Source: an uncultured Clostridia bacterium (lineage in GTDB: Bacteria > Bacillota > Clostridia > Oscillospirales > JAAYOS01). From it: a stretch of 64,000 nucleotides of DNA. This document shows positions 1-8,101 of the stretch, in pieces. The notes under the pieces were generated by a model. The model ran no database searches. It was given only the letters and a program-made list of their open reading frames with translations, and had not been told where the DNA came from. The stretch spans positions 4,530 to 68,529 of the forward strand of contig CANRIN010000003.1 of the NCBI GenBank assembly GCA_947630675.1, in the 5' to 3' direction. Both the position numbers and the translations under genes were made by a program. Every line of letters begins with the position of its first letter. Within the stretch, counting starts at the first letter, position 1.

Positions 1-114
1 AAGCTCGTCCTCGCCGGCACCGGAGCAATGCTCAGCCCCACCTCGACGATGCAGGGCGAGAGCGTGCCCGGCATCTGTCACGCGGTCGTGCTCAGCACAT
101 CGAAGGAGGGGTAA
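1..114 (+). CDS. spoVAD: Stage V sporulation protein AD, C-terminal fragment (start upstream of window)
   Basis: Frame 1 is open from the window edge (KLVLAGTGAMLSPTSTMQGESVPGICHAVVLSTSKEG, stop 112-114). It resembles the SpoVAD C-terminus and is followed 2 nt later by a spoVAE-like gene, the conserved spoVA order. Short fragment; family call is by recall only. Confidence 0.5.
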   Translation, partial: KLVLAGTGAMLSPTSTMQGESVPGICHAVVLSTSKEG

Positions 115-116
115 CG

Positions 117-482
117 GTGGAGATGCTGTGGGACTACGTCAAGGCGTTCCTCGTAGGCGGCGCGATATGCGCCATGAGTCAGATCCTTATCGACAAGACA
201 AAGCTCACACCCGCGCGCATCCTTACGATGTATGTTGTCGCGGGCTTTCTTCTCACCGTCGCAGGGCTGTACGGCCCGCTCGTGGACTGGGCGGGCGCGG
301 GCGCGGCGACGCCGATAAGCGGCTTCGGCTACGTCATCGCCAAGGGCACCGAGAAAGCGGTGAGCGAAAACGGGCTTCTCGGCGCGGTGACAGGCGGCTT
401 CACCGCCGCCGCCGGAGGCGTCGGTGCGGCGGTCGTGTTCTCGTTTATCGCGAGCCTCATCTCCCGCCCGAAGGAGAAATAA
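117..482 (+). CDS. spoVAE: Stage V sporulation protein AE (SpoVAEB-type small membrane protein)
   Basis: 121-aa hydrophobic ORF (MEMLWDYVKAFLVGGAICAMSQILIDKTKLTPARILT...) typical of the SpoVAE family. GGAGG lies ~7 nt upstream of GTG 117; ATG 123 is an alternative start. Confidence 0.75.
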   Translation: MEMLWDYVKAFLVGGAICAMSQILIDKTKLTPARILTMYVVAGFLLTVAGLYGPLVDWAGAGAATPISGFGYVIAKGTEKAVSENGLLGAVTGGFTAAAGGVGAAVVFSFIASLISRPKEK

Positions 483-484
483 AT

Positions 485-520
485 CGCAGTGGGGATACAA
501 AGTATCCCCGCTGCATTTTG
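485..520. terminator. Intrinsic terminator hairpin, usable on both strands
   Basis: gcagtggggatac-aaa-gtatccccgctgc followed by attttg on + and by a T-rich tract on -. It lies after the spoVAE stop and at the far end of repeat element 527-871. Confidence 0.6.
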
Positions 521-526
521 CTGCGA

Positions 527-871
527 AAGCCTCGCAGAGAATGCGCCCTTGAACTCATACCGCATCAGACCTCGGCGCTCCGCGCCGACGTCCCAACAAA
601 GCCTCGCAGAGTTTCGCCGCTTTGCGGCGAAATAAAGTCAAATACATTTTCGGCGGCGGCGTGTACGTCGCCGAAAATACTTTGCGCGGAGCGTGCGTCG
701 ATTTTCCGCCGAAGGCGGAAAACTCGGCGCGTAGCGCAGCGAAAGGCGCCGGCAGAGCATCGCTCTGTCCGGCGGCTTCACTTGAAATTGCGCCTGCGCA
801 ATTTCAAGTGAAAGTCTCGGCGCGAAAGGGTGCGCAGGGCAATTCATTGCCCGAGCACATTTCGCGCCGAC
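527..871 (+). repeat. Mosaic multi-hairpin intergenic repeat, type-I composite (core 598-871) plus extra modules (527-597)
   Basis: Core has the order H1 (agcctcgcagagtttcgccgc-tttg-cggcgaaa), H2 (ttttcggcg..cgccgaaaa), linker gcggagcgtgcgtcga, H3, H4, H5 (779-810), H6 and tail tttcgcgccgac. Near-identical architecture is found at 9885-10151, 46982-47248, 19556-19969 and inverted at 6335-6570. Confidence 0.9.
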
Positions 872-2146
872 TTACGGCGCTATGTCCTCCGCATTTGCGG
901 AGACGACGGTAAACGGTTCGCCGTCCACTAGTATCTCGAGCTCGGACACACCGTATCCGTTCGCCGAAAGAGTATGTGCGAGGGCGGCGAGCATCAGCCT
1001 CCCCGACTCCCCTGCGCTGTTTATGCTGTCGTCGAAACCGTCGGCAAAGTCTATCGTGCAGCGCGTCGAATTGCTCCGTATCCTCTCCACGCGGGTCTCG
1101 GGCGGGAGCGCGGAATCAAACCCCGCGCCGTCCAGCCCGCCCATCAGATACTCGACAAGCAGCCGGTCAAGGCCGTATGCCCCGCTCACGTCGAGCATGG
1201 CGCGCACCGGCTCCACATACAGTCCGTTGTTCGATGGCAGATAGACTGTAAACTCCGCGTATCCGGAAGAGCCGTACTCGCTCCGGCACTCTCCGAGCGA
1301 CGCCCCTCCGTACAGCGGCGCGCCCTCCTCGGCAAACAGCACCGTCTCGACGGACGAGCTCGCCGCAAGCGAGTTTACTATTGCCGCGAGCGCGAACATC
1401 TCGTCCGAGCGGCTGCCCTCGGTTATCTCTTCAAAGTCGTCCGAGAAGTCGAGAAGGCAGACGCTGTCGCTGCTGTCCACCTCAAGGAGCTCGAGCGTGT
1501 CCGGCAGGACCGGGCCGAGCCCGCTCTGTGTCGGTCCCTTTATCAGCTCCTCTATTACATACCGCTCGACCGACTCGCCCTCCGGCATGACTATGCCCCG
1601 CGTCTCCGCGGAAAGTCTTCCCGTAGAATCCGAGCGGAAGTAGAGCGTGAGCTCGCGTTCAAACGAGCCCTCCCCCGGGTTCTCGTATGCTATATCCGAG
1701 GCGGACAGGACGTCCTGCGTCCCCTCGGGATGCGGTCTTCCGTCCACGAGTATCCGCACGCTGCTCACGCGCGGGATCTCAAGCATCGTGAGTGCGGTGC
1801 AGCCCTCCGCCTCCGAAAGCTCGAAGCCGCTCATCCTGAGATATTCTTCGCTGAGGCGCACTATCGCGGTGCTTCCGGCATACTCCACGCCCTCGCACTC
1901 CACTCCCTCCGCGAACGGGCTCTCCAGGCCGCCGGCCACGGCGGAGTCGGGCGGGTCGATAAGCGCGCGCATGGCGGCGAACCCCGCGTCCTCACCCTCC
2001 GGGACGGGTGCTTCAACAGACTTCACTCCGCTGCCGGAGTCCTCCGGCGCGAGCAGCCACACCGACACGGTCTCGCCGGTATCGCAGCCCGCGGCGCACC
2101 CGATGATAAGCGCCGCCGCGAGCATCAGGGAAACAGCCCTTCTCAT
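872..2146 (-). CDS. GerM/GerMN-domain sporulation-germination lipoprotein
   Basis: 424-aa ORF with a lipoprotein signal peptide (MRRAVSLMLAAALIIGCAAGC). Two internal segments resemble GerMN domains. The start overlaps the upstream kinase stop in ATGA (2143-2146). Confidence 0.55.
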   Translation of the reverse strand: MRRAVSLMLAAALIIGCAAGCDTGETVSVWLLAPEDSGSGVKSVEAPVPEGEDAGFAAMRALIDPPDSAVAGGLESPFAEGVECEGVEYAGSTAIVRLSEEYLRMSGFELSEAEGCTALTMLEIPRVSSVRILVDGRPHPEGTQDVLSASDIAYENPGEGSFERELTLYFRSDSTGRLSAETRGIVMPEGESVERYVIEELIKGPTQSGLGPVLPDTLELLEVDSSDSVCLLDFSDDFEEITEGSRSDEMFALAAIVNSLAASSSVETVLFAEEGAPLYGGASLGECRSEYGSSGYAEFTVYLPSNNGLYVEPVRAMLDVSGAYGLDRLLVEYLMGGLDGAGFDSALPPETRVERIRSNSTRCTIDFADGFDDSINSAGESGRLMLAALAHTLSANGYGVSELEILVDGEPFTVVSANAEDIAP

Positions 2147-3540
2147 TTCTCCGTGTCCTCCCGTCTCTTCAGCGACGGGAACACGACCGTGAACCGCGTC
2201 CCGACATCCTGCTCGCTCTCCACCGTTATATTTCCCCCGTAGCGGCGCACCGCGTCGTAGACTATGGAAAGTCCGAGCCCGCTTCCGCCCGCGGCGCGGG
2301 AACGCGCCTTGTCCACACGGTAGAAGCGCTCGAACACCCTCGACACATCCTCGGCGGGTATGCCTATCCCGGTGTCCTGTATTATCAGAGTGACCTCGCC
2401 GTCCTTGTCATAGAGGTACACGCGCACCTCCCCCTCCGGGCGGTTGTACTTGATCGCGTTCTCGATAAGGTTGAAGACCACGCGGTAGGCGTAGTCCTCG
2501 CTTGCAAATATGTCGCAGCCGTCCTCCAGCTCGAGCTCTATCTTTATGCGCTGCTGTGCGGCGAGCGGTTCAAGCATCCGTCCCGCGCGCTCGACTGCCG
2601 CCGTAAGGTCGACCGTCTCTGCGGGGTCGGCGACGCCCGCGTCTATCCTCGTTATGTCAAGCATGCGCTCCGCGAGGCGGTCGAGCCGCTCGGTCTCCTC
2701 CGCTATATCCATGGCAAACTCGCGCATGGTGTCCGTCGGGACATCGTCGCTCTGCACCATGCTGTCGGCAAGGAGCTTTATCGAGGCGAGCGGCGTCTTC
2801 AGCTCGTGGGAGGCGTCGCTTACAAATCTGCGGCGCATATTCTCCACCGCCTCGAAGTGCCCGGAGAGCGCGTTCAGTTCCTTTGCGAGGTAGGTGAACT
2901 CGTCGTCCCCGCGTTCCTCGGCGCGGCAGCCGTAATCGCCGTCCCGGACCGTGCGCATCGTATCGAGCAGCTCGGATATCTTGCGGCCGAATATCCGCGA
3001 GATTATGACGCAGCCGCCGACTCCGACGACGAGCACCACGACCGACACGTTGCGGAAGTTCCGCCTCAGGTCCGCTATGAGCGCCGCGCGGGACATGTCG
3101 GTGTCGTAGACGCACACAGCGCCCGCCGGAACGCCGCCTATCATAATGGGGCAGCTCGCGACGCTCGTTATTGCGTCCCCGCCGTTCTCGGCGTAGAAGT
3201 AGTCGTTTCCCTCGAGCGCCGCCCGTGTCTCGCCGAGCAGTGCAAGCGAACCGACGAGGCTCTGCCCCTGCGTACTGTCGTAGAGCACCCTCATTCGATG
3301 GTCGGTGACGAGAACGCGGGTCTCCTCCGCGTCAAGCAGACTCATGACGTGCGCGGCAGTCTCCGGCGTGAGCTCGTCGACGCCGGACATGGTCGAGGAA
3401 TACAGCTCCGCTCGCGCGGACAGCGCGTCCTGCTTGCTCTGGAACACGAACTCTTCGCTTACCGACACCGGATAGTAGTTCAGAGCCGCGAGCACGGCAA
3501 TAACGATGGCGATGTATACCATCGCCATCTTGAGCTGCAT
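2143..3540 (-). CDS. Sensor histidine kinase (HAMP-HisKA-HATPase_c)
   Basis: 465 aa with an N-terminal TM, a second TM plus linker, H-box SHELKTPLASI, and N/G boxes (IENAIKYN, DTGIGI, GGSGLGLSIV). Confidence 0.9.
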   Translation of the reverse strand: MQLKMAMVYIAIVIAVLAALNYYPVSVSEEFVFQSKQDALSARAELYSSTMSGVDELTPETAAHVMSLLDAEETRVLVTDHRMRVLYDSTQGQSLVGSLALLGETRAALEGNDYFYAENGGDAITSVASCPIMIGGVPAGAVCVYDTDMSRAALIADLRRNFRNVSVVVLVVGVGGCVIISRIFGRKISELLDTMRTVRDGDYGCRAEERGDDEFTYLAKELNALSGHFEAVENMRRRFVSDASHELKTPLASIKLLADSMVQSDDVPTDTMREFAMDIAEETERLDRLAERMLDITRIDAGVADPAETVDLTAAVERAGRMLEPLAAQQRIKIELELEDGCDIFASEDYAYRVVFNLIENAIKYNRPEGEVRVYLYDKDGEVTLIIQDTGIGIPAEDVSRVFERFYRVDKARSRAAGGSGLGLSIVYDAVRRYGGNITVESEQDVGTRFTVVFPSLKRREDTEK

Positions 3541-3583
3541 ACCGAAGCGCGGACGCCTCCGCTCGCGCTTCTCCCCTTCTTCG

Positions 3584-4297
3584 CTACGGCTTGAAATAGT
3601 ATCCGACCCCCCACTTGCGGAGTATGTGCTCGGGGTTTGCCGGGTCGCGCTCGAGCTTCATCCGGAGCCGCCGTATATGCACGTCGACGGTGCGGATGTC
3701 GCCGGGATACTCGTATCCCCACACGACGTTCAGCAGATTCTCGCGGCTGTATACCCTGCCGGGATTTTTCATCATGAGCTCTATGAGGTCGTACTCCTTG
3801 GCGGTGAGCGGGACCTCCTCGTCCTCGAGGAATGCGTTGCGGGTATTCGGGTCGAGCGCTATGCGGCCCTGTACCACGCGTCCGCCGCTCTCCTCCGGCT
3901 CGGGCGGCGCGCTCTCCCGCGTCTGCGGTGCGGCGGCTCCGGCGGCGCGCCGCAGTATCGCGCGGACGCGCACCTTGACCTCCATGACGTTGAACGGCTT
4001 TGTGATATAGTCGTCCGCGCCGTACTCGAAGCCGATTATCTTGTCGGTATCCTCGCCGCGCGCTGTAAGCATGATTATCGGCACCTTGGATATCTCTCTT
4101 ATCTTCGCGCATGCCTCGAGCCCGTCCATGACGGGCATCATCAGGTCGAGCAGGATGAGGTCTATCCCCCCTGCCCTCACCGCTTCGACCGCGGCCGCGC
4201 CGTCGTAGGCACACTCGACCTCATAGCCGTCGTTTTCGAGGTTGAACTTCAGCCCCTTGACGATGGTCCTCTCGTCGTCCACTACCAGTATTTTCAC
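3584..4297 (-). CDS. OmpR/PhoB-family response regulator
   Basis: 237 aa with a receiver domain (MKILVVDDE..., LILLDLMMP, ITKPF) and a winged-helix trans_reg_C C-terminus (RTVDVHIRRLRMKLE). Confidence 0.9.
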   Translation of the reverse strand: MKILVVDDERTIVKGLKFNLENDGYEVECAYDGAAAVEAVRAGGIDLILLDLMMPVMDGLEACAKIREISKVPIIMLTARGEDTDKIIGFEYGADDYITKPFNVMEVKVRVRAILRRAAGAAAPQTRESAPPEPEESGGRVVQGRIALDPNTRNAFLEDEEVPLTAKEYDLIELMMKNPGRVYSRENLLNVVWGYEYPGDIRTVDVHIRRLRMKLERDPANPEHILRKWGVGYYFKP

Positions 4298-4366
4298 AGT
4301 TTCCCTCCCGATTCGGTCTGTATATCTTTTTCTCTGCTCCGCCGAAAATCGCAGGCTCCCGGCGGG

Positions 4367-4726
4367 CTATTCTCCCGTAGTTATGTATTCGCGTATGAAG
4401 GCGTACTTGCCTTCGCCTATTCCCTTCACCCGCATTATGTCCTCCGGCGACTCGAACGGTCCCTCGGTCTCGCGGCTCTCGATTATCGCCTCCGCAAGCG
4501 ACTCGCCTATGCCGTCGAGCCGCAGCAGCTCCGCCTTCGACGCCGTGTTTATATTCACCTTCATCTCCTCCGGGACCGGCGTGGAGCTCGCGGCGGCTCC
4601 GCTGCGCTCGCCCGTGACCTCATAGGTCCCGCCGGGGACGAGCCGGGTCACGAATATCACCGCCACGGCTATACAGAACACTGCGGCTGCCGCTATGATC
4701 GCCGCGAGCGTCCGTTTGCCGTTCAT
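4367..4726 (-). CDS. comEA: ComEA-family helix-hairpin-helix DNA-binding protein
   Basis: 119 aa with an N-terminal TM anchor, then tandem HhH motifs (INTASKAELLRLDGIGESLAEAII; RVKGIGEGKY). Confidence 0.75.
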   Translation of the reverse strand: MNGKRTLAAIIAAAAVFCIAVAVIFVTRLVPGGTYEVTGERSGAAASSTPVPEEMKVNINTASKAELLRLDGIGESLAEAIIESRETEGPFESPEDIMRVKGIGEGKYAFIREYITTGE

Positions 4727-4987
4727 ATCAAAACAACCCCTCCGAAACCCGAAATCTTAACCGAATATAAATTTAATAAGTTTTTTGTTTTTGATGGTGC
4801 TTTTTTTCGCGCCTTATGGTATACTTTAATAGATGAGTTATACTCTGCCGGCGAGACCGCCCATGCGGGCGGTAAAAACGATATCCCAAAGCGGTCTCCG
4901 AGCATTTTCACGCGCTCCGCGCCGCTCAGATTTGCGCCCTGCCCTCCGGACACATTACGATTATACACTATTTTGGGAGTATAGACA

Positions 4988-6331
4988 ATGACAAAGATGA
5001 AATTCTTCGCCTCTTTTCTGCTGTTTTGCCTTATACTGACGTTTGCCGCGCCGTTCGCCGCGGCTATTGACGACGTTCCGGAGATCTCCGCGAAGTCGGT
5101 CATAATCGCCGAGCCGGAGAGCGGCGAAGTGGTCTACGAAAAGAATGCGGACGACCGCGTGGACATAGCGTCGCTCACGAAGATAATGACAGCGCTCATC
5201 GTGCTCGAAGAGGCGGACATGGATTCGGTCGCGACAGTCAGCTACTCCGCGCTCGACGCGCTCGACCCGGACAGCTCTATAGCGGACCTCCGTCCCGGCG
5301 AGGAGATGCGTGTCGAGGATCTCCTGAAGTGCGTGCTCGTACAGTCCGCAAACGACGCCTGCAACGTCCTCGCGGAGCACCTGTACGGCAGCATCGATGC
5401 GTTCGTCGCGCGGATGAACGAGCGCGCCGGGGAGCTCGGCTGCACGAACACCCACTTCATGAACGCCCACGGCCTCACCGAAGACGGACATTATTCTTCC
5501 GCCCGCGACCTCTACAAAATAGCGCTCGAGGCGCTGAAGCATCCCGAATTCCTCGAGATATGCAACACCGCGCGCGTCGAGATACCTGCAACGAATATAC
5601 ACGAAGCACGGGTGTTCCTCTCCACAAACTACCTTATCTCCGCCCAGAAGATCCCGGACTACGTCTACTACTACGCAAAGGGGATCAAGACCGGACACAC
5701 ATCGGCGGCGGGCTACTGCCTGGCCTCCACGGCAGAGAACAACAACATCGTCTACCTCTGCGTCGTTCTCGGTTCGGAACGCGACCCCGAAACGAACCGC
5801 ATCGGCTCGTTTGACGACACCCGTGCACTCTATGAGTGGGCGTTCGACAACTTCAGCTATCAGCAGATGGTGACGAAGAGCACCGTCGTCGCGGAGATAC
5901 CGGTGTCGCTTTCAAGCGAGGTGGACTACGTCACCCTCGTCCCGGACGGCTCGATAGAGGCGCTGCTTCCGAACGACTTCAATCCCGACGACGTGAAGCT
6001 CGACCTTCACCTCGACTATGAGGACGGCATCGAGGCTCCCGTTGAGAAGGGACAGAAGCTCGGCACCGCGTCGGTGACGTGGAACGGCAAAAGCTACGGC
6101 GAGATAGATCTTGTCGCTCTCGGCAGCGCGAGCCTCGACAAGACGCTGCTCTTTATACAGAACGTGAAGGACTTCTTTGCACGTCCGTGGGTTCTGTGGA
6201 TAGTCATTGCGGCCGCCGCGCTGATAGTCTTCTACATAATCTTCCTTGTGGTGATAAACTCCAGGCGCCGCCGTCACCGCCGCTCGGCCTCAAACTACCG
6301 CGGCTCGAGCAGGAGGAGAAGAAGGTATTGA
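4988..6331 (+). CDS. Serine-type D-Ala-D-Ala carboxypeptidase (PBP5/DacB-like)
   Basis: 447 aa with a signal peptide, SxxK (SLTKIM), SxN (SAND) and KTG (KTGHT) motifs, a PBP5 C-terminal domain and a C-terminal TM anchor with an Arg-rich tail. Confidence 0.9.
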   Translation: MTKMKFFASFLLFCLILTFAAPFAAAIDDVPEISAKSVIIAEPESGEVVYEKNADDRVDIASLTKIMTALIVLEEADMDSVATVSYSALDALDPDSSIADLRPGEEMRVEDLLKCVLVQSANDACNVLAEHLYGSIDAFVARMNERAGELGCTNTHFMNAHGLTEDGHYSSARDLYKIALEALKHPEFLEICNTARVEIPATNIHEARVFLSTNYLISAQKIPDYVYYYAKGIKTGHTSAAGYCLASTAENNNIVYLCVVLGSERDPETNRIGSFDDTRALYEWAFDNFSYQQMVTKSTVVAEIPVSLSSEVDYVTLVPDGSIEALLPNDFNPDDVKLDLHLDYEDGIEAPVEKGQKLGTASVTWNGKSYGEIDLVALGSASLDKTLLFIQNVKDFFARPWVLWIVIAAAALIVFYIIFLVVINSRRRRHRRSASNYRGSSRRRRRY

Positions 6332-6334
6332 TAC

Positions 6335-6570
6335 TTTCGCGGGAAATCGCGTGAGCACGCTGTGCGTGCTCACTTACCAATTTCCCGCGAGGCCGCCGGA
6401 CAGAGCAGAGCTCTGCCGGCGGCAGGCGCTCCGCTACGCGCCGAGTTTTCCGCCTTCGGCGGAAAATCGACGCACGCTCCGCGAGAGGTATTTTCGGCGA
6501 CGTACACGCCGCCGCCGAAAATGATTTGACTCTATTTCGCCGCTCACGCGACGAAACTCTGCGAGGCTGC
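6335..6570 (-). repeat. Mosaic multi-hairpin repeat, type-I copy (inverted orientation)
   Basis: The reverse complement reads agcctcgcagagtttcgtcgc..., attttcggcggcggcgtgtacgtcgccgaaaat, gcggagcgtgcgtcga, ttttccgccgaaggcggaaaa, ccggcagagc..gctctgTccgg. Module order matches 598-871. It starts 4 nt after the dacB-like stop (6331). Confidence 0.9.
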
Positions 6571-6580
6571 TTCTTTCGCA

Positions 6581-6614
6581 AAAATCCGCCGCGCGTCTGC
6601 GCGGCGGATTTTTG
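6581..6614 (+). terminator. Intrinsic terminator of the dacB-like transcript
   Basis: aaatccgccgcgc-gtct-gcgcggcggattttt, an 11-bp GC stem plus T-run, downstream of the repeat element. Confidence 0.75.
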
Positions 6615-6634
6615 CGTGTCTTGACAGAAAAATC

Positions 6635-6663
6635 TTGCAAGCGTTTTCTTTTTGTGGTATACT
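6635..6663 (+). promoter_or_regulatory. Sigma-A-type promoter for the MATE gene
   Basis: TTGCAA (6635-6640), 17-nt spacer ending in TGG, TATACT (6658-6663). Confidence 0.45.
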
Positions 6664-6696
6664 TCGTTCAGACATTTTTCGGAAGGACGTCACAGA

Positions 6697-8091
6697 ATGA
6701 AAAATTCCAAAAACTCTCCCGCCCTTGACCTCACGCAGGGCGACCCGCTCCGCCAGCTTGTCTTCTTCGCGCTGCCTATGCTCGTGGGCGCGGTGTTCCA
6801 GCTAATGTACAACATGGTGGACACCGTCACGCTCGGCAAGTTCGTCAGCACGTCGGCACTCGCGTCGGTCGGCGCGACGAGCTCCACATACAGCCTCTTT
6901 ACGATGGTCGCAAACGCCGTCACCAACGCCGTGTCGATACTCGTTGCGCAGGCTTGGGGCGCGCGGAACATTCAAAAGATAAAGAAGACCGTCGCGCACT
7001 CGATATACCTCGCTCTCACGCTGAGCGCCGTGCTCGGCATTCTCGCGTTCTTCACGGCGCGGCCGCTCATGGAGCTGCTCAACACCCCGGCGGATATCAT
7101 CGACGGGTCGGTCACCTATATCCGGATAACCTGCGGACTCTGTGTGTCGGTGATGCTCTACAATGTCTCCTCGTCCATTCTCCGTTCGATAGGCGACAGC
7201 CGCACGCCGCTCTTCTTTCTCATACTTTGCAGCGTGCTGAATATCGCGCTTGACCTTCTGTTTGTGCTCGTACTCAACGCCGGCGTCGCCGGCGTCGCGT
7301 GGGCGACGGTGATATCGCAGGCGGTGTCGAGCGTGCTCTGCCTCGGATATATGTGGCTCCGCTACCCCGACCTCCGCGTCTCCCGCGCCGACTTCCGGCC
7401 GGACGGAAAGCTCCTCGGCTCCTTTGCCCGCATCTCGACGCCGATGCTGCTTCAGAGCCTTGCGCTGAGCGTCGGTATGCTCGTCATAACGCGCGTTATC
7501 AACTCGCTCGGCTCGGACACCGTCGCCTCCTTCACGATAGGCAGCAAGGTAGAACAGCTCGTCGTCGTTGCCTTCTCGCAGTTTGCATTCTCGTTTTCTG
7601 TCTACTCGGGCCAGAACTACGGCGCAAAGAAATACGACCGCATCGGCTACGGCCTGAAGCGCTCGGCCATACTGATACTCTGCATCGTCGCGGTCTCGAT
7701 GACGATAATGCTCGTGTTCGCACCGCCGCTCGCGAACATCTTTGTCGACGCGGACGAGAGTCCGCTCACGGTGAGCGGAGCAGTCGCCATGGTCCGCACT
7801 GAGGCGTGCTTCCTCCCGGCGCTGGGGATCATCTGGCTCTCATCCTCCTGCCTGCGCGGGATGGGCAAGGTCGCGCCCACCGTCGTCTCAAGCATGGTGG
7901 AGCTGATAAGCAAGATAGCGCTCTCGATAGTCCTCGCCCGCTTCTTCGGAGCGCGCGGAGTCTGGTTCGCGGCGCCGATAGGCTGGGTGCTCGGCATCGT
8001 CCCGAACGCGCTTTACTATTTCTTCAGCGGGTGGAAGCGCAAGGCGCTCGAGGCCGACGCGCGCGAAGCGGCGGCGCAGCCGGCAACGTGA
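6697..8091 (+). CDS. MATE family efflux transporter
   Basis: The ORF track starts at 6652. ATG 6697 (MKNSKNSPALDLTQGDPLRQLVFFALPMLVG...) is preceded by GGAAGGA at 6681-6687. ~12 predicted TM segments typical of MATE. Confidence 0.85.
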   Translation: MKNSKNSPALDLTQGDPLRQLVFFALPMLVGAVFQLMYNMVDTVTLGKFVSTSALASVGATSSTYSLFTMVANAVTNAVSILVAQAWGARNIQKIKKTVAHSIYLALTLSAVLGILAFFTARPLMELLNTPADIIDGSVTYIRITCGLCVSVMLYNVSSSILRSIGDSRTPLFFLILCSVLNIALDLLFVLVLNAGVAGVAWATVISQAVSSVLCLGYMWLRYPDLRVSRADFRPDGKLLGSFARISTPMLLQSLALSVGMLVITRVINSLGSDTVASFTIGSKVEQLVVVAFSQFAFSFSVYSGQNYGAKKYDRIGYGLKRSAILILCIVAVSMTIMLVFAPPLANIFVDADESPLTVSGAVAMVRTEACFLPALGIIWLSSSCLRGMGKVAPTVVSSMVELISKIALSIVLARFFGARGVWFAAPIGWVLGIVPNALYYFFSGWKRKALEADAREAAAQPAT

Positions 8092-8101
8092 TGACTGCGG
8101 T

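Noticed and set aside
622-912. Short ORFs inside repeat elements (622-912, 638-847, 9791-10159, 19898-20557 5' part, 46925-47188, 62948-63337)
   Set aside because: They are generated by the repeat sequence itself and recur wherever the element occurs, in either orientation. They have no RBS or consistent start, and their translations are low-complexity.
4723-5103. 126-aa minus-strand ORF spanning the comEA/dacB intergenic region
   Set aside because: It overlaps the well-supported dacB-like 5' end and its AT-rich promoter region. It has no RBS and no recognisable features.
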